Below, piece after piece: positions 38,450-46,164 of a stretch of 64,000 nt of DNA (the first letter of the stretch is position 1; each line of letters opens with the position of its first letter). The DNA lies in assembly GCA_019352035.1 (NCBI GenBank), contig JABBNZ010000009.1:3989-67988 (forward strand), read 5' to 3'. Position numbers and translations under genes: made by a program. The notes beneath the pieces are model-generated. The model was given only the letters and a program-made list of their open reading frames with translations, searched no databases and was not told where the DNA came from. This stretch comes from Pseudomonadota bacterium. GTDB taxonomy: Bacteria > Pseudomonadota > Gammaproteobacteria > Steroidobacterales > Steroidobacteraceae.

Positions 38450-38479
38450 TTGCCAGAATTTCACATTTTGCGGTAACTT
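38450..38479 (+). promoter_or_regulatory. Sigma-70-like promoter candidate for the lipoprotein gene
   Basis: TTGCCA-N18-TAACTT sits in the only AT-rich patch of the 330-bp spacer. Confidence 0.4.
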
Positions 38480-38521
38480 ACATGTTTCATGTTTGACCCA
38501 TTTGTCTGTCCGGAGGTTGCG

Positions 38522-39181
38522 GTGAAGAAGTCCTTTCTCGTTCTCTGCGTAATTACGGCCGGCGCACTCGCCGCCTGCAGCTCACCCAACGCCGACTGGC
38601 AGAAGGCGACGCAGCAGAACACGGTGGTCGCCTACCAGAGCTTCATCAAGGAGCACCCCAGCGATGCCCGGGTGGAGCAGGCGCGCAACCGCATCAATGC
38701 ACTGACGGACGAGCAGGCGTGGAGCGCGGCGAAGAGCGCGGACACCCTGGACGCCTACCAGCAGTATCTGCAGCAGGAGCCGAATGGCATGCATGCGGCC
38801 GATGCGCAGGACAAGGTGAACAGCCTGCAGCAGTCCGCCGCCTGGCAGACCGCACAGTCCACCAATACGACCGAAAGCTATCAGGACTTCCTGTCGAAGT
38901 ACCCGAACGCGCCGCAGGGTGACCAGGCGAAGGCGGCACTGAAGAAGCTGACGGGCTACCAGGCAGTGCTCGCCGTGGTGCATACCCAGGCCTACGGCGA
39001 GAAGCTCGCCAAGACCCTGAAGAGCAAGTTCGGCAACGAGCTGCAGGACGTGGTGGTCGTGCCGCACGGCAAGCTGTTCGAGCTCCGCTCGGCGCCGATG
39101 ACCGAGTCCCAGGTGAAGACCGCCTGCGAGAAGGTGCGCAAGGCGCATTACCGTTGTGACGTGGAAAAGAGCGTCTCCTGA
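38522..39181 (+). CDS. Lipoprotein with three ~36-aa repeats and a SPOR-like C-terminal domain
   Basis: GGAGG lies 5 nt before GTG 38522. It has the lipobox LAAC. The repeats follow W..A...NT...YQ.F...P......A. The C-terminal ~70 aa have a beta-alpha-beta-like pattern. Confidence 0.65.
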   Translation: MKKSFLVLCVITAGALAACSSPNADWQKATQQNTVVAYQSFIKEHPSDARVEQARNRINALTDEQAWSAAKSADTLDAYQQYLQQEPNGMHAADAQDKVNSLQQSAAWQTAQSTNTTESYQDFLSKYPNAPQGDQAKAALKKLTGYQAVLAVVHTQAYGEKLAKTLKSKFGNELQDVVVVPHGKLFELRSAPMTESQVKTACEKVRKAHYRCDVEKSVS

Positions 39182-39247
39182 CGCTCACCCGCCCGCTTTA
39201 CTCGTCTCGGACGGCCCGCCGCCGGCACATCGCCTGCGGCGGGCCTC

Positions 39248-39276
39248 TTGCATCTGCCGTCGGCATCCGGTAAAGG
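39248..39276 (+). promoter_or_regulatory. Promoter candidate of cassette copy 1
   Basis: TTGCAT-N17-TAAAGG lies directly after a 10-bp-stem hairpin (39213-39245). It is positionally equivalent to the copy 2 element. Confidence 0.45.
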
Positions 39277-39412
39277 ATCGCGCGATGATCGGCGGCATCT
39301 TCCTCTCTGCAGAATCTCTCAGCGCCCGCGGACTGCCGCGCGAAGCGGAGAGCCCGGCCCTTGTCGTTCCGGGTGACCCGGCCTCGCGCATTGCGCCAGG
39401 CTCCGGGTCTGC

Positions 39413-39832
39413 GTGACCGGCGCGGACGATCTGCCGGCAGATGTGTGCGCGCTGCTTCACGAGCACATCGAGTCTTACGAGCAGCTCGAGACGCTGCTGC
39501 TCCTGCGGCGTGAGCGCTACGAGGAATGGACAGGCCAGGGACTGGCCGATCGCCTGCGCGTGCAGGCGGATCTCATCGGCACCGCGCTCGCAGGTCTCGA
39601 GGCGAGCGGGCTGGTGCAGGTCCTCGCCACCGCTCCCGCGCGCTATGCCTACCGGCCCGCGAGCGCCGGGCTCGACGCCGCCGTGAGCCGTCTCGAGCGC
39701 GAGTACGCGGAGCGGTCGATCCTCATCATCCAGCTGATGAGCGCCAACGCCATCGAGCGCCTGCGCACCGCGGCCCTGCATACGTTCGCGGACGCTTTCG
39801 TGTTGAACAGGAAGGGCGATGACCGTGGCTGA
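39413..39832 (+). CDS. Cassette protein A1: uncharacterised 139-aa soluble protein, winged-helix-like
   Basis: It has a GTG start and is conserved with A2. The segment GLADRLRVQADLIGTALAGLEASGLV resembles a MarR-type wHTH. The C-terminal LMSANAIERLRTAALHTFADAFVL is invariant between the copies. Confidence 0.7.
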   Translation: MTGADDLPADVCALLHEHIESYEQLETLLLLRRERYEEWTGQGLADRLRVQADLIGTALAGLEASGLVQVLATAPARYAYRPASAGLDAAVSRLEREYAERSILIIQLMSANAIERLRTAALHTFADAFVLNRKGDDRG

Positions 39833-40091
39833 GGCGGTTTACATCCTTTGCGCGATCACGAGCATCCTCTGCGCGGCGCTGCTCCTGCGCGGGTACCGTG
39901 CGACGCGCACCTGGCTGCTCTTCTGGGCGAGCATCTGCTTCGTGTTCCTCGCCATCAACAACGTGATCCTGTACATTGATCTCGTCGTAATCCCCGCGAG
40001 CTCTCCCATCGACCTCTTCTGGTATCGCAATACGGCAGCGGTGATTGGAGTGCTGGTGCTCGTCTTCGGCCTGGTCTGGGAATCACGCTAG
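39819..40091 (+). CDS. Cassette protein B1: 90-aa three-TM miniprotein (DUF5985-like, from memory)
   Basis: It overlaps the A1 stop by 14 nt. It has three hydrophobic helices and the motif LLLRGYRATR..LLFWA...F.FLAINN. Confidence 0.7.
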   Translation: MTVAEAVYILCAITSILCAALLLRGYRATRTWLLFWASICFVFLAINNVILYIDLVVIPASSPIDLFWYRNTAAVIGVLVLVFGLVWESR

Positions 40092-40100
40092 GAGCCTGCC

Positions 40101-40370
40101 GTGAAGCTCTTCATGTGGGGTGTCCTGGCGATGGCGAGCCTCGTCGCGGCGCTCTTCTTCCTGCGCTACTGGCGCGAGAGCCGGGACCGGCTGTTCGTTT
40201 TCTTCGCGCTCGCGTTCGCGGGCCTCGCGGCCAACTGGACCGGGCTCGCCATCATCGATCAGCCTACCGACGAGGCCCAGCAGAAGTACGCGTACGTCGC
40301 GCGGCTCGTCGCCTTCCTGGTGCTCATCATCGGCATCTTCGACAAGAACCGCCGCAGCGGCCGGCTGTAG
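40101..40370 (+). CDS. Cassette protein C1: 89-aa three-TM miniprotein, paralogue of B
   Basis: AGGAG lies 6 nt before the GTG. It carries FFLRYWRESRDRLF.FFALAFAGLAANW and a C-terminal DKNRRSGRL. Confidence 0.7.
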   Translation: MKLFMWGVLAMASLVAALFFLRYWRESRDRLFVFFALAFAGLAANWTGLAIIDQPTDEAQQKYAYVARLVAFLVLIIGIFDKNRRSGRL

Positions 40371-40436
40371 GAATAAATAAGAGGGTGCAAGAGGCGCACG
40401 CGCTCCCGCACGGCGGCGGGCCGCCTGCGGGGGTTC

Positions 40437-40465
40437 TTGCGTCTGCCGACTCATTGCGGTAAGTA
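40437..40465 (+). promoter_or_regulatory. Promoter candidate of cassette copy 2
   Basis: TTGCGT-N17-TAAGTA lies directly after the hairpin at 40406-40430. Confidence 0.45.
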
Positions 40466-40542
40466 TTTGGAATGAGCGTCGCGGCGCCCCAACTCGACCC
40501 CGGCCTCCCGGCCCGGATCATCGTGGCCGGCTCCGGGCGTTC

Positions 40543-40962
40543 GTGATCGACGCGAGCGACCTCCCGGAAGATGTGCGGGCGCTGCTTCAGGAGCACATCG
40601 AGTCCTACGAGCAGATGGAGACTCTCCTGCTCCTGCGGCGCGAACGCCACGAGCAATGGACGGCCTCGGGCCTCGCCGGCCGCCTGCGCGTGCGGGCGGA
40701 GCTCATCGATACCGCCCTCGCGGGCCTGGAGGCGAGCGGCCTGATCGAGGCCATCGGCGCCGCCCCCCTGCGATTCGCCTACCGGCCCGCCGGCGCCGGG
40801 CTCGATGCCGCCGTGGGCCGGCTAGAGCGCGCATACACCGAGCGGCCGATCCTGGTCATCCAGCTCATGAGCGCCAACGCCATCGAGCGCCTGCGTACCG
40901 CGGCGCTACACACCTTCGCCGACGCCTTCGTGTTGAAGAAGAAGGACAGGGACCGTGGCTGA
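40543..40962 (+). CDS. Cassette protein A2 (139 aa)
   Basis: It has a GTG start and is 76% identical to A1 by hand alignment. Confidence 0.7.
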   Translation: MIDASDLPEDVRALLQEHIESYEQMETLLLLRRERHEQWTASGLAGRLRVRAELIDTALAGLEASGLIEAIGAAPLRFAYRPAGAGLDAAVGRLERAYTERPILVIQLMSANAIERLRTAALHTFADAFVLKKKDRDRG

Positions 40963-41215
40963 GGGGGTCTACATGCTGTGCGCAGTCACGAGCATTCTCT
41001 GCGCGCTGCTTCTACTGCGCGGATACCGCGCGACGCGGGCGCGGCTGCTCTTTTGGGCGAGCCTCTGTTTCGGGTTCCTCGCGCTCAACAACGTGATCCT
41101 GTACATCGACCTGGTCGTCCTGCCGACGCAGATCGACCTCTTCTGGTACCGCAATACCTCGGCCGTGGCTGGAATGCTGATGCTCGTTTTCGGCCTCGTC
41201 TGGGAGTCCAGCTAG
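40955..41215 (+). CDS. Cassette protein B2 (86-aa three-TM miniprotein)
   Basis: Its GTG start overlaps the A2 stop by 8 nt, and it is collinear with B1. Confidence 0.7.
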   Translation: MAEGVYMLCAVTSILCALLLLRGYRATRARLLFWASLCFGFLALNNVILYIDLVVLPTQIDLFWYRNTSAVAGMLMLVFGLVWESS

Positions 41216-41224
41216 GGAGCCGCC

Positions 41225-41494
41225 GTGAAGATCTACGTATGGGGTGTCCTGGCGATGGCGAGCCTCATCGCGGCGATCTTCTTCCTGCGCTATTGGCGCG
41301 AGAGCCGGGAGCGGCTGTTCGCCTACTTCGCGCTCGCCTTCGCGGGCCTCGCCGCCAACTGGACCGGGCTTGCCATGATCGACCATCCCGCGGCCGAGGC
41401 ACGGCAGGAATACGCCTACGTGGTGCGGCTCATCGCCTTCGTGATCCTGCTCATCGGCATCCTCGACAAGAACCGCCGCAGCGGCCGCCTGTGA
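41225..41494 (+). CDS. Cassette protein C2 (89-aa three-TM miniprotein)
   Basis: GGGAG lies 5 nt before the GTG. It is 78% identical to C1. Confidence 0.7.
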   Translation: MKIYVWGVLAMASLIAAIFFLRYWRESRERLFAYFALAFAGLAANWTGLAMIDHPAAEARQEYAYVVRLIAFVILLIGILDKNRRSGRL

Positions 41495-41506
41495 CCGCCG
41501 CGGCGC

Positions 41507-42991
41507 TCAGCCGAGGGGACCACCTACGGCGAGCAGCAACTGGATGGTATCGAGATACTGCCGCTGGTGCGCCCGCAGGAAGCCGAGCTCCGCCCGCTGG
41601 CGCTGACGCTGGGCGTTGAGAACCTGCAGCAGGCCTGAATCTCCCGCCTGATAGCTCTGCCGTGCAAGCTCCAGGCTCGCCTCCGCGGTATCCCGGGCAT
41701 TCGACTGGGCGGCGACGAGCTGCGCGTCATGATCCAGCGCATCGAGCAGATCGGCGACCTGGCCGAAGGAATCGAGCACCACCTCCTGATAACGGTCGGC
41801 GCTAGCATGCAGCGCATCGAGCGCCGCCCGCCGCTCGGCGCGCAGTGTTCCGCCGTCGAAGAGCGGCTGGGTCAGGCCCGCGATCAGCGACCATGCCGTC
41901 GAAGAGACATCGAAGAGCTTCGCTGGACTCAGCGCCTGCTGGCCGAGAGTGGCCGTCAATGCGATCTGGGGATACAGATTGGCGGTCGCGACACCGACCG
42001 CGGCCGTGGCCGCATGCAGCTGCGCTCGCGCCGCCAGGATGTCGGGACGGCCGCGCACCAGCTGCGAGGGCACGCTCACCGGCAACTCCCGGGGCAAGCG
42101 GATGCCGGTGAGCTCGAGGTCCGGCTGTGCCCAGTCGGCGGGCGGCTGGCCGAGCAGCACCGCGAGCGCGTGACGCGCCACCGCCAGCTGCTGATAGAGA
42201 GGCGGCAGCAGGGTCTGGTCGCTTGCAAGCTGGCTGCGCGCGGTCAGCACGTCGAGCTTCGACACCGAGCCGTTGGCGAACGCGGTGCGCACGAGGCGCA
42301 GATTGCTGCGGTCCTCGGCCAGCAGCTGCGCGGCCGCTCGGATCTGGCCGCGGGTCGCGGCGATGATGACCGCCTCCGAAGCCACATCGCCGGTGAGCGT
42401 CAGCCGGGCCGCCTCGAGCTCGCTGCGCTCATACTGCTCGAGCGCCTTCTGCTCCTCGATCGAGCGGGCAGTGGCGCCATCGTAGTCGAGCAGGTAGCGC
42501 ACGCTCGCGCCCACGGCCTCGTAGGTGAAGGGGGCGACGTCGAAGGTCCCGAGGAATTCCGCCCCATACTTCTGCCGTCCCGTCCCGGCCTGCAGCCCGA
42601 TCTGCGGATAGAGCTGTCCCGTCTGCGCCGCGACCAGCTCCCTCGCCTGCGCCAGCGTGGCCTTCGCGGCCGCGAGATTTCGATTGTCGGCCAGCGCCTG
42701 TCGCATCAGCTGGTCGAGCTCGGATGATCGGAACAGGGTCCACCATCTGGGGCCGGCGGCCGCGCCCAGCACGATCCGCTGCACGTAGGGGCCGGCCGCG
42801 GGCGCGCGCCGCGCCGCTGCCGCGGCCGCGGTGTCGACGGGATTTGATTCGCCCGCCGGGCGGTACGCGCGAGTGGCCGGCACCGCCGGGCGATGGAAGT
42901 TGGGGCCGACGGTGCAGCCGCAAAGGAGAGCCGCGGCGGCGGCCGCGGCGGCGGCCCGCGCTGCTCGTCTTCGGCGGGGATCGAGGCTCAC
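41507..42991 (-). CDS. NodT-family efflux outer-membrane lipoprotein
   Basis: It has the lipobox LLCGC, then TVGPNFHRP, and two OEP repeats. Confidence 0.9.
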   Translation of the reverse strand: MSLDPRRRRAARAAAAAAAAALLCGCTVGPNFHRPAVPATRAYRPAGESNPVDTAAAAAARRAPAAGPYVQRIVLGAAAGPRWWTLFRSSELDQLMRQALADNRNLAAAKATLAQARELVAAQTGQLYPQIGLQAGTGRQKYGAEFLGTFDVAPFTYEAVGASVRYLLDYDGATARSIEEQKALEQYERSELEAARLTLTGDVASEAVIIAATRGQIRAAAQLLAEDRSNLRLVRTAFANGSVSKLDVLTARSQLASDQTLLPPLYQQLAVARHALAVLLGQPPADWAQPDLELTGIRLPRELPVSVPSQLVRGRPDILAARAQLHAATAAVGVATANLYPQIALTATLGQQALSPAKLFDVSSTAWSLIAGLTQPLFDGGTLRAERRAALDALHASADRYQEVVLDSFGQVADLLDALDHDAQLVAAQSNARDTAEASLELARQSYQAGDSGLLQVLNAQRQRQRAELGFLRAHQRQYLDTIQLLLAVGGPLG

Positions 42992-42995
42992 CGCA

Positions 42996-44504
42996 TCACT
43001 CCATCACCGCCGGGCTCTGTGCGCGCGCACGCGCCGGCCGCAGCAGCAGCACCAGGGGAATCAACGCCAGCGTCATCACGAACATCAGCTTGAAATCGTC
43101 GTTGTACGCGATCATCTGCGCCTGCCGGGTCACCTCGGCATTCAATGCGGCGAGGCCCGCGGGAGCGGTCAGGCTGAACGGGGCGGGGATCCGTATCTGG
43201 CCGCCCCAGGGAAGGATGTGGGATGCGAGGCGCTCGTGCATGACTTGTGTGTTGCGCGTCAGGAGCGCTCCGGTTGCGGCTATTCCGATGCTGCTGCCCA
43301 CATTGCGCAGCAGGTTGAAAATCGACGTACCTTCGGACCGGTATTGTACCCCGAGAGTCGCGAACGCCACGGTGGTCAGCGTGACGTAGGTGAGGCCGGT
43401 GCCGAGCCCCTGGATGAAAGTGCTCGACCAGACGAGGGTCGGCGGCATCCGGGTGGAATAGCCGCACATCATCTCGAGCGAGGCGGCCGTCACGGCGATG
43501 CCGATGGCGATGAGGAGCCGCGAATCGACGCGGCCGATGAGCCTGCCGGCGACATACATGGAGATGAAGCTGCCGAAGCCGCGCGGCGCCATGGCTATTC
43601 CCGAGGTCATCACCGGATACCCGAGCAGACTCTCGAGCAGAGGCGGCAGCAGCGCTAGCGTGGCGAAGAGCACCACGCCCACTACGAATACCAGCAGATT
43701 CCCCATCGAGAAGTTGGTGTCCTTGAACAGACCCGGGCTGACGAACGGCTCCCGCGCCGTCAGCGTATGCACGATGAAGACGTATAGCGCCGCAACGGCG
43801 ACGCCGGCCTCGATCCAGATCTCCGGCGAGCTGAGCCAGTCCTTGAGCTCGCCGCGATCGAGCAGGATCTGCAGCGCGCCGACGGCCAGGCTGAGCGCCC
43901 CGAACCCCAAAAAATCGAAGCGGCTGCGGCGGCCCTCCGTCTCGCGCACGTAGGCCATGAGGCCAATGGCCGAAAGCACGCCGAACGGCACGTTGATGTA
44001 GAACACCCAGCGCCAGCTGTAATTGTCGGTGAGCCAACCGCCGAGCACCGGCGCCAGCATCGGTCCCAACACCACGCCCTGGCCCCAGAGCGCCATGGCG
44101 CGCCCGTGCCGCTCCGGGGGATTGATGTCGAGAAGCACGGCCTGCGACAACGGCACGAGACCCGCCCCCGAGAGCCCCTGCAGCACCCGGAAGAACACGA
44201 TCTGGTCGATCGACTGCGCCATGCCGCAGAGCATGGAGCTGACGGTGAAGCCGATGACCGAGGCGACCAGGACCCGCTTGCGGCCAAAGCGCCCGGCGAG
44301 CCAGCCGGAGAGCGGCGTCATGATCGCCGCCGCCACGATGTAGGAGGTCAGCACCCAGTCCATCTGCTCGAGCGATGCCGAGAGGTTGCCGCCGATGTGC
44401 GGCAGCGCGACGTTGGCGATGGTCGTGTCGACCGCCTGCAGCACGGTGGCGAGCGTGACGGAGGCGGTAATGAGTCCGCGATGCTGCGACGGGCCTGCCG
44501 GCAT
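42996..44504 (-). CDS. emrB: DHA2-family MFS multidrug efflux permease (EmrB/QacA type, 14 TM)
   Basis: Contains LATVLQAVDTTIANVALPHIGGNL and LAGRFGRKR. The frame is distinct from the artefactual 523-aa ORF. Confidence 0.9.
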   Translation of the reverse strand: MPAGPSQHRGLITASVTLATVLQAVDTTIANVALPHIGGNLSASLEQMDWVLTSYIVAAAIMTPLSGWLAGRFGRKRVLVASVIGFTVSSMLCGMAQSIDQIVFFRVLQGLSGAGLVPLSQAVLLDINPPERHGRAMALWGQGVVLGPMLAPVLGGWLTDNYSWRWVFYINVPFGVLSAIGLMAYVRETEGRRSRFDFLGFGALSLAVGALQILLDRGELKDWLSSPEIWIEAGVAVAALYVFIVHTLTAREPFVSPGLFKDTNFSMGNLLVFVVGVVLFATLALLPPLLESLLGYPVMTSGIAMAPRGFGSFISMYVAGRLIGRVDSRLLIAIGIAVTAASLEMMCGYSTRMPPTLVWSSTFIQGLGTGLTYVTLTTVAFATLGVQYRSEGTSIFNLLRNVGSSIGIAATGALLTRNTQVMHERLASHILPWGGQIRIPAPFSLTAPAGLAALNAEVTRQAQMIAYNDDFKLMFVMTLALIPLVLLLRPARARAQSPAVME

Positions 44505-44536
44505 GGCTCGTGGGCTTCCTCGGCGTGCTGCGCAGG

Positions 44537-45676
44537 TCAGGTTGCCGCGACCGACGCACTGCGTTTCACCCGGCCCGGGCGGGTATCCACCGTGACCGCC
44601 GCGCTCAATCCCGAGCGCACCGCCGGCAGAGGCCCGTCCAGATGCAGCCTGACGTCGAGCCGCTGCACGACCTTCACCCAGTTTCCGGTGGCGTTCTGCG
44701 GCGGCAGCACCGAGAACTGCGCACCGGTCCCGGGCGTGATGCTCGATACGACGGCGCGGAAGGTCCGCCCCGGGTAGGCGTCAATGTGCACCGTCGCGGG
44801 CTCGCCGGGCCGCATGTGGGCCAGCTGGTTTTCCTTGAAATCCGCCTCCACCCAGGTGTCGTGACTCGAGACGAGCACGAAGGCGGGAGTGGCGGCCGGC
44901 AGATAGCCGCCGACCTGCAGATGCTCGACCCCGGTCACGATCCCGTCCGCGGGCGCCTTCACGGTGGTATACGAGCGCTCGAGCAACGCGCGATCGAGCG
45001 CCGCCTGGGCCTGCTCGACCAACGGATGGGCATTCACCGCGATGTCGGGTTGTCCACCCAGCCTCGCGAGCGCGGCGGTGATCTGCTGCTTCGCCGCGGC
45101 GACGCTCTGCTGCGCCTCGCTGCGGGCGAGCCGCGCCCTGTCCAGCCGCGATCGCGAGGCGATGCCGCTCGCGAGGAGCCGCGACTCGCGCCGGTACTCA
45201 CGGTCGGCATAGGCGAGTGCGCTTTGCGCCGATTTCAGGCCCGCGAGCCGCTGCCGATAGTCCGCCTTCAGCGTCTCGACCTGCAGCCGCGCACCCTCCA
45301 GGCGCGCCCGCGCCGCCTCGACCGCGATGCGGAACGGCCGGTCGTCCAGCCGAAACAACACCTGGCCGCGGCGCACCTGCCGGTTGTCGCGCACGTCGAC
45401 CTGACTGACTCTGCCCGACACATTGGCGCTGATCGCCACCTCGGCGGCGCGCAGGTAAGCGTCGTCGGTCGACTGATAGCGGCCGCTCGTCAGGTAGACG
45501 TACACCCCTGCCGCCGCCATAAGGAGCGGCACGCCCCATATGAGCGGCAGGCGCAGCCGCTCGCGCAGCGGCTGCTTCGCCGGCGCCTCGTGCTCTTGCG
45601 GCCGCGGCGGCGCGGGCGCATCGCCGCCGGGCGGCTCCCGGGCCGGATCGGCTCCGCGAGCCGTGGTGGCGCTCAT
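44537..45676 (-). CDS. emrA: HlyD-family efflux adaptor (EmrA-like)
   Basis: It has a TM anchor, then TDDAYLRAAEVAISANVSGRVSQVDVRDNQ, and a coiled-coil hairpin. The start is at MSATTARG (ATG 45676). Confidence 0.88.
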   Translation of the reverse strand: MSATTARGADPAREPPGGDAPAPPRPQEHEAPAKQPLRERLRLPLIWGVPLLMAAAGVYVYLTSGRYQSTDDAYLRAAEVAISANVSGRVSQVDVRDNRQVRRGQVLFRLDDRPFRIAVEAARARLEGARLQVETLKADYRQRLAGLKSAQSALAYADREYRRESRLLASGIASRSRLDRARLARSEAQQSVAAAKQQITAALARLGGQPDIAVNAHPLVEQAQAALDRALLERSYTTVKAPADGIVTGVEHLQVGGYLPAATPAFVLVSSHDTWVEADFKENQLAHMRPGEPATVHIDAYPGRTFRAVVSSITPGTGAQFSVLPPQNATGNWVKVVQRLDVRLHLDGPLPAVRSGLSAAVTVDTRPGRVKRSASVAAT

Positions 45677-46164
45677 CGCGAGGACCTCTGTGACTTCTCG
45701 GGGGCACGGTCGGGATCCGGCCGGGCCAGCGGCGGGAGCGACGACAGGTTGGCATGGACGCGCTCCAAGAGCCCGATCAGCGTCGAGCGCTCCTCGTTCG
45801 AGACTCCGTGGAGCGTTTCGGCGCGTGTTTCGGCAATGAGGCGCCCGATGTGCTCGAGCACGGGCCTGCTCTTCGAGGTCAGCCACAGGGTATGCGCCCG
45901 CCGGTCCGCCGGATCGAAGCGCCGCTGCACCCAGCCGTCCGCCTCCATCCGGTCGAGAATCCTGACCAGCGTCATGGGATCGAGCTCCGTCAGCTCCGAC
46001 AGGCGCTTCTGGCTCACCCCTTCGTTGTTCTCCAGATGGAGCAGCGCCCGGCACAGCGGTAGGGTGAGGGAGAGCGCCTGTGCGCGCTCCTCGAACCGCC
46101 GCGTATAGAGGCGGGTCGTATCCTTCAGTAGGAATCCGAGCTGGCGGTTGAGATCCATAGTCAT
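45673..46164 (-). CDS. MarR-family transcriptional regulator
   Basis: Contains LTLPLCRALLHLENNEGVSQKRLSELTELDPMTLVRILDRMEADGWVQRRFDPADRR. Its stop forms an ATGA overlap with the emrA start. Confidence 0.9.
   Translation of the reverse strand: MTMDLNRQLGFLLKDTTRLYTRRFEERAQALSLTLPLCRALLHLENNEGVSQKRLSELTELDPMTLVRILDRMEADGWVQRRFDPADRRAHTLWLTSKSRPVLEHIGRLIAETRAETLHGVSNEERSTLIGLLERVHANLSSLPPLARPDPDRAPEKSQRSSR

Larger units (their letters stand above)
39213..41494 (+). repeat. Tandem duplication (2 units, period ~1130 bp); each unit is hairpin + promoter + genes A-B-C
   Basis: Unit 1 is 39213-40370 and unit 2 is 40406-41494. Protein identities by hand alignment are A 106/139, C 69/89 and B about 75%. 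Confidence 0.9.

Noticed and set aside
40083-41386. Two ~124-aa minus-strand ORFs (40083-40454 and 41012-41386), each antisense to a C gene of the cassette.
   Set aside because: They occur in both copies only because the sense sequence is duplicated. They are Glu/Arg/Asp/Pro-rich and lack any start signals.
42988-44559. A 523-aa minus-strand ORF overlapping the emrB frame.
   Set aside because: This alternative frame is Arg/Pro/Gly-rich. The 502-aa frame (42996-44504) carries the MFS DHA2 motifs.
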